A DNA stretch of 64,000 nt, from NCBI RefSeq assembly GCF_009914755.1, contig NC_060941.1. One strand, 5' to 3'. This document shows positions 58,870 to 64,000 of this stretch, in pieces. A model generated the notes under the pieces. That model searched no databases. It saw nothing but the letters and a program-made list of their open reading frames with translations, and was not told the origin of the DNA. The number at the start of each line of letters is the position of its first letter. The first letter of the stretch is position 1. The translations under genes and the position numbers were made by a program. The DNA is from the human T2T-CHM13v2.0 reference genome, Homo sapiens.

Positions 58870-61800
58870 CAGCCCCGCGGAGTCATGTAGACAGGGATAA
58901 TGACAGGAACGCGTCAGACACAGGCACAGAGGGAGACAAGATGAGCAGATATGCAGGTGCACGCGGAGACAGACACCGGGACCCACGCACAGCCGACCGT
59001 GTCAGACAGACTGGTGAACACAGCGCCCAGTCAGAGGCAGACACAAGGCCTGCAGTGACACATAGCGGGCCGGGGCCGGCACCGTCACTCCTCGGTGGGG
59101 GGCGGGGAGGGGCCGGCAGCCGGGGGAAGGCTGGGGAAGGGAATCCCGGGCGGGCGGCCTGCCCGGGTGGCTGAGTCACAGCGGAGCCTCAGCCGGCGGC
59201 CCTCCCCTCCGCCTCCCCCTCCCCCAGGTAAGAAGCGAGCGTGTAACCCCTCGCTTCCACCAGGCGTGATGAGGACGGGCAGGGAGCGGGTTGCGACGAG
59301 GGTCCTGGACCGCCCCACCTCGGCGCGCGCGCAGCATGCCCGCTGATTGCCGGCTAGGTAAAACCCTATCTGCGGGCTCTTGTCTCTGGCCGTCACGTGA
59401 GTTTGCGTGCGCACTTCAGGCCTCTTACCACGCGTCCCGCGCGGCTGCGGCGCTGCGCGGAGGGGCTCCTCGGCTCAAGCCCAGAGAGAGTTAAGTGGGT
59501 GTGATTGATGGAGTGTTCTCTCTTGGGGCTCCAGCGGGGGCGGGGGGTAGGGGGTCGGTTAAAGTCCCGAGTCCAGGGCCCGGATGGAGGGGGCGGAGCT
59601 GGGCTTCGCCGGGAGTGCCCGGATGGAGAGGGTGTGGCCTCGGCGGGAGCGGAATTAACCCTTTCAGAGCCGCTGGCTCCCGAGGTTGTGGGTCGGGTCG
59701 GGAGAGGCTGGAATGTCTGCCTCAGAAGTATATCGATCTCCCAGCCTGGCTCTGGCCGCGTGCGTCTACCTCTCGCCTGTCTTCGAGGAGTCTGTGGGTG
59801 TCAGTCTTTGTGCCTGTCCGTGGTTCCCTTCCCTTGGTTAGTATAGACACCGGGAGTCAGGGAGGGCTATTCTTGCCCCAGAGCGAGAGTGGAGGTGAGA
59901 GTGGAGCGCGAGCTGGCGGCGACTGGGGAACAGGTGCAAGCGCCGCGTCGGGGCTGCCCGGCACGGGGAGGGGCCATCGTGGGGGAAGACGAGAGGGGAA
60001 ATTCCGCGGGACCGGTGGTGAGCCGGTGTGTGGGCTGAGGAGTTGTGTCTGCCTCTGACTGTGTGTCTGTGTGTGTTCAGGGAGGCGGGGGCTGAGTCAG
60101 TGGGAAGAGGGGAAGGTTTTCTGGGTGACTCACGCTCCCCCACCCCAAGCCTGAATCAGACCCCGAGGGAGGGCTTTGTACGGGGGGCGGGGGGGCGAGT
60201 GAGGAGTCCAGCGCCTGGGTCCCGGGTGCGGACAAGGATCCGAGGTGGCTGGCGAGAATGAGTGTGTGTTTAGTGTACAGGAAGTTTTGTCTTCAAGTGA
60301 GGGCTTTGTATTCTTGGGTGCTGGCGTGGGGCTTTGTGGATAAAGGTGGAAGAGCAGGGAGCTGGAGGGACGGCACTCACTGACTTAGGGAAAGCTGAGT
60401 CAGTTCCCCGTGGGAAAGGGGAAGTGGCAGAGGGGAAGTGTCATCATCGCCGAAGGGGAAGCTGCCTTTCCTGGTAACTGGCGGCGCTCTCGGGACCACT
60501 TCCCAAGCAGGCATCTGCCCCTCTGTTGTCTGGTTCCCCGGCTCCCCCTCCACGTCTGGTTCTTGGGTCTCCTCCCCGCCCCTGCCTCGGTACTCGGGTG
60601 GGGGCAGTCACGGAGGGCCATACTTGACCACAGTTCAGCGCCGTACCTGGCTTGGTTACTGATGGAAAGGATGCTGCCTCTAGTGAGGAGAGAGTTCTGA
60701 CAGTAATACCACGTGAACCGCGGAGAGGGTCCGCGGGGCCCAAGCGACCACAAGGGCTTGGCGGAGAGTGGCACGCAGGGACCTGTAGGGTCCAAGCGCT
60801 TCCATGCAAACAAACGACCTTGCCCCTTCGGGAAGGAAGGCTCTTTTCACCAGAAACCCGTCTGCCCTTGTGGGCTGGGTGGAAATTTCCCCACAGCGCA
60901 GACTTCTCTCAACGAACGCGAACTTTCCAGCCACCCCCAGCCCCTCGTCGCGCACTCTCCCCCGGCTTCCTGCCCGGCGCTCGCTCCAGCTGGAGCGCTG
61001 GCCCCGCCCCCGCGGCTTTGTACTCGACACTCGCCTCTCGCTGCTCTTTGTACTCTAGACTCTCAATGGACCGATCCCGGGAGCCGAGTCGGCTCCCTAC
61101 CTGCGGGGACGCCGGGTAGGCAAGGAGGAGGCGCGGGGACGCAGCTCCTGGGCTCAGAGAGGCGAGAAGGAAGAGCTGGGGCTAAAGGGAAGGTGCCCAA
61201 GAGAGGGGAGCGCTGTGCCAGTCGGGGGTCCAGTCGGCACCAAAGCGAAAGGGTGGGGGGGGCGTGAAGGAGGAAGTGAAACGAGTTCTGGGTTCTTTAA
61301 GGGAGTGGGTGGTGAGAGTGGGACAAGGGTGATGTCACTGCCTGTCGGGCCCCGCCCTCCTCCCTCCCTCAGGACCCCCCCCCCCGCAGTACATTTACAC
61401 ACACCGCTTCCGCTGCGCAAGTAGCCACGTCACGGGCAACCCCCGAAATCCCCCCTCCCTTGGGGGGCGGGGGCCACGTGGGCCGTGGGGAACCGCGTGG
61501 CCCCGGCGGGGAAGGGCAGAGAGGATACGCGAGCCACGAGAGAGGGGCCACTCGGGACCGCGGTGCGCGACTTCTCGGAAGTTGGGGGACTAAAAGGGGT
61601 CTGATTTTGGGGGTCGGTCGGTATTGAAGACCCAGAAAGCCAGGGGAAGTAGAGGACCTGGAGGAACTGGGTATGAGACTGGGGGCTTGACCAAGGTTTG
61701 GGTCGGGGTCAGGCGTTGGGGGTGGAGCGCCGATAGCGGCGCGGACGGGTTTGGGTGCCGTGGAAGTCGCTGTGGCTGGCCAGCCCTAAGCAGTTAATAG

Positions 61801-62450
61801 GGGCGCTCGGGGTAGGGAGGTCTGTCACTGGGCGAGGTGAAGTGAGGAAGGGGAGGGACGTCTTTTTTGCGTTCTGCATCCGTCTGTCGTCCGTCGGTCT
61901 TACGGTGGCCGGGCGTGGGGCTACTCGAGCAGCCTGGCCGTGGCCACCGGCGGCTCTGGGTGCTTGAGGCTTGCGGGTAGCGCCGGCCCCCACGCCGGCC
62001 GGAGCATGCGACTAACCGGCCTCATCCGCATGCGTCTTGTCCTGGCTGCCTTCTGGCCCTGACGGCCGGAGTGTCGGATCCTAGATGGGGACCCTAGGTG
62101 GGAGCCGCGGGGTCACATCGGGGTCACCCCGGGCTGAGCTCGTCTGACCGGCTCCCGCGCCCCTCCTCCCCCGGCCACCGCTGCCGGGCTCACCTCGCTC
62201 CCATTGGTTCCGGCCAGGCTGTTACTGAGGCGGAGACACGGGTGATGATTGGCTTTCTGGGGAGAGAGGAAGTCCTGTGATTGGCCAGATCTCTGGAGCT
62301 TGCCGACGCGGTGTGAGGACGCTCCCACGGAGGCCGGGTAAGCGGCCGCTGCGTTTTGGGTCGGCCCAGTGGCTCCGGACTGGAAGCCTGGCAGCGCAGC
62401 CACCCCGTCCCTCTGACCGGCCTTTTGGTTCCCTGCCACACACGTCCTGA
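58870..62450. promoter_or_regulatory. KDM6B: Second CpG island / proximal inducible KDM6B promoter-enhancer
   Basis: CpG-dense; TGA(G/C)TCA at 59172, 60093, 60126, 60396; kB GGGAAATTCC 59996-60005 and GGAAATTTCC 60881-60890; GTCACGTGA 59392-59400. Confidence 0.8.
62218..62337 (+). other. KDM6B: KDM6B 5'UTR exon
   Basis: ggccag|GCTGTTACTG...CGG|gtaagc. Confidence 0.8.
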
Positions 62451-62630
62451 CTCCCAGCCACACTCCTGGGCCTCTAGGGAGTGGTTGGGCCGGGCCTCCC
62501 TTTGGGGAAAGCTAAGGCCGGGCCCTTTGCACAAATGACAAATTGGTGGATGCCACAGTCCGCCCATCCCAGCCCCTGGGCCTTGACTGTGTGCTGGCCA
62601 GCTCGTCTCACTCCTTTTCCTTCTCTCTAG

Positions 62631-62773
62631 AATTGGCTGTGAAAGGACTGAGGCAGCCATCTGGGGGTAGCGGGCACTCTTATCAGAGCGGCTGGAGCCG
62701 GACCATCGTCCCAGAGAGCTGGGGCAGGGGGCCGTGCCCAATCTCCAGGGCTCCTGGGGCCACTGCTGACCTG
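62631..62773 (+). other. KDM6B: KDM6B 5'UTR exon
   Basis: ttctctctag|AATTGG...CTG|gtaagg. Confidence 0.85.
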
Positions 62774-62847
62774 GTAAGGGAAACTCTGGGGCCGAGCTGG
62801 CTGGATGTACACTGGCAGCTCTGGTTTTGCCTCCAGTAAGAGCATAA

Positions 62848-64000
<1,153 letters not shown>

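Overview
Human genomic DNA that I recognise as chr17p13.1. Bases 1 to ~49,850 hold the 3' part of DNAH2 (axonemal dynein heavy chain 2, + strand). I traced 47 coding exons from 2218 to the TGA at 49636-49638. They join into one open frame of 2,384 codons covering AAA2-AAA6, the stalk/MTBD and the C-terminal domain. The introns carry about 50 Alus plus L1, L2, MIR, MER and MaLR fragments and a minisatellite. About 0.5 kb downstream, a GC-rich, Alu-free domain of ~14 kb begins. It contains the 5' end of KDM6B (JMJD3, H3K27 demethylase, + strand): non-coding exons, three uORFs, the ATG at 62872 and the first 218 codons. I found no new multi-gene system. The best leads concern regulation and splicing: a candidate alternative KDM6B first exon in a GC-rich block I recall being absent from GRCh38, two recursive-splice motifs, a GC-AG intron, four stop-free in-frame introns, a G-quadruplex in place of a polypyrimidine tract, a distant branch point, RFX/CRE/AP-1/kB/CTCF motifs, and an unidentified retrocopy fragment nested in a palindromic MITE. 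Repeat subfamily names and reference-genome comparisons come from memory and need checking.
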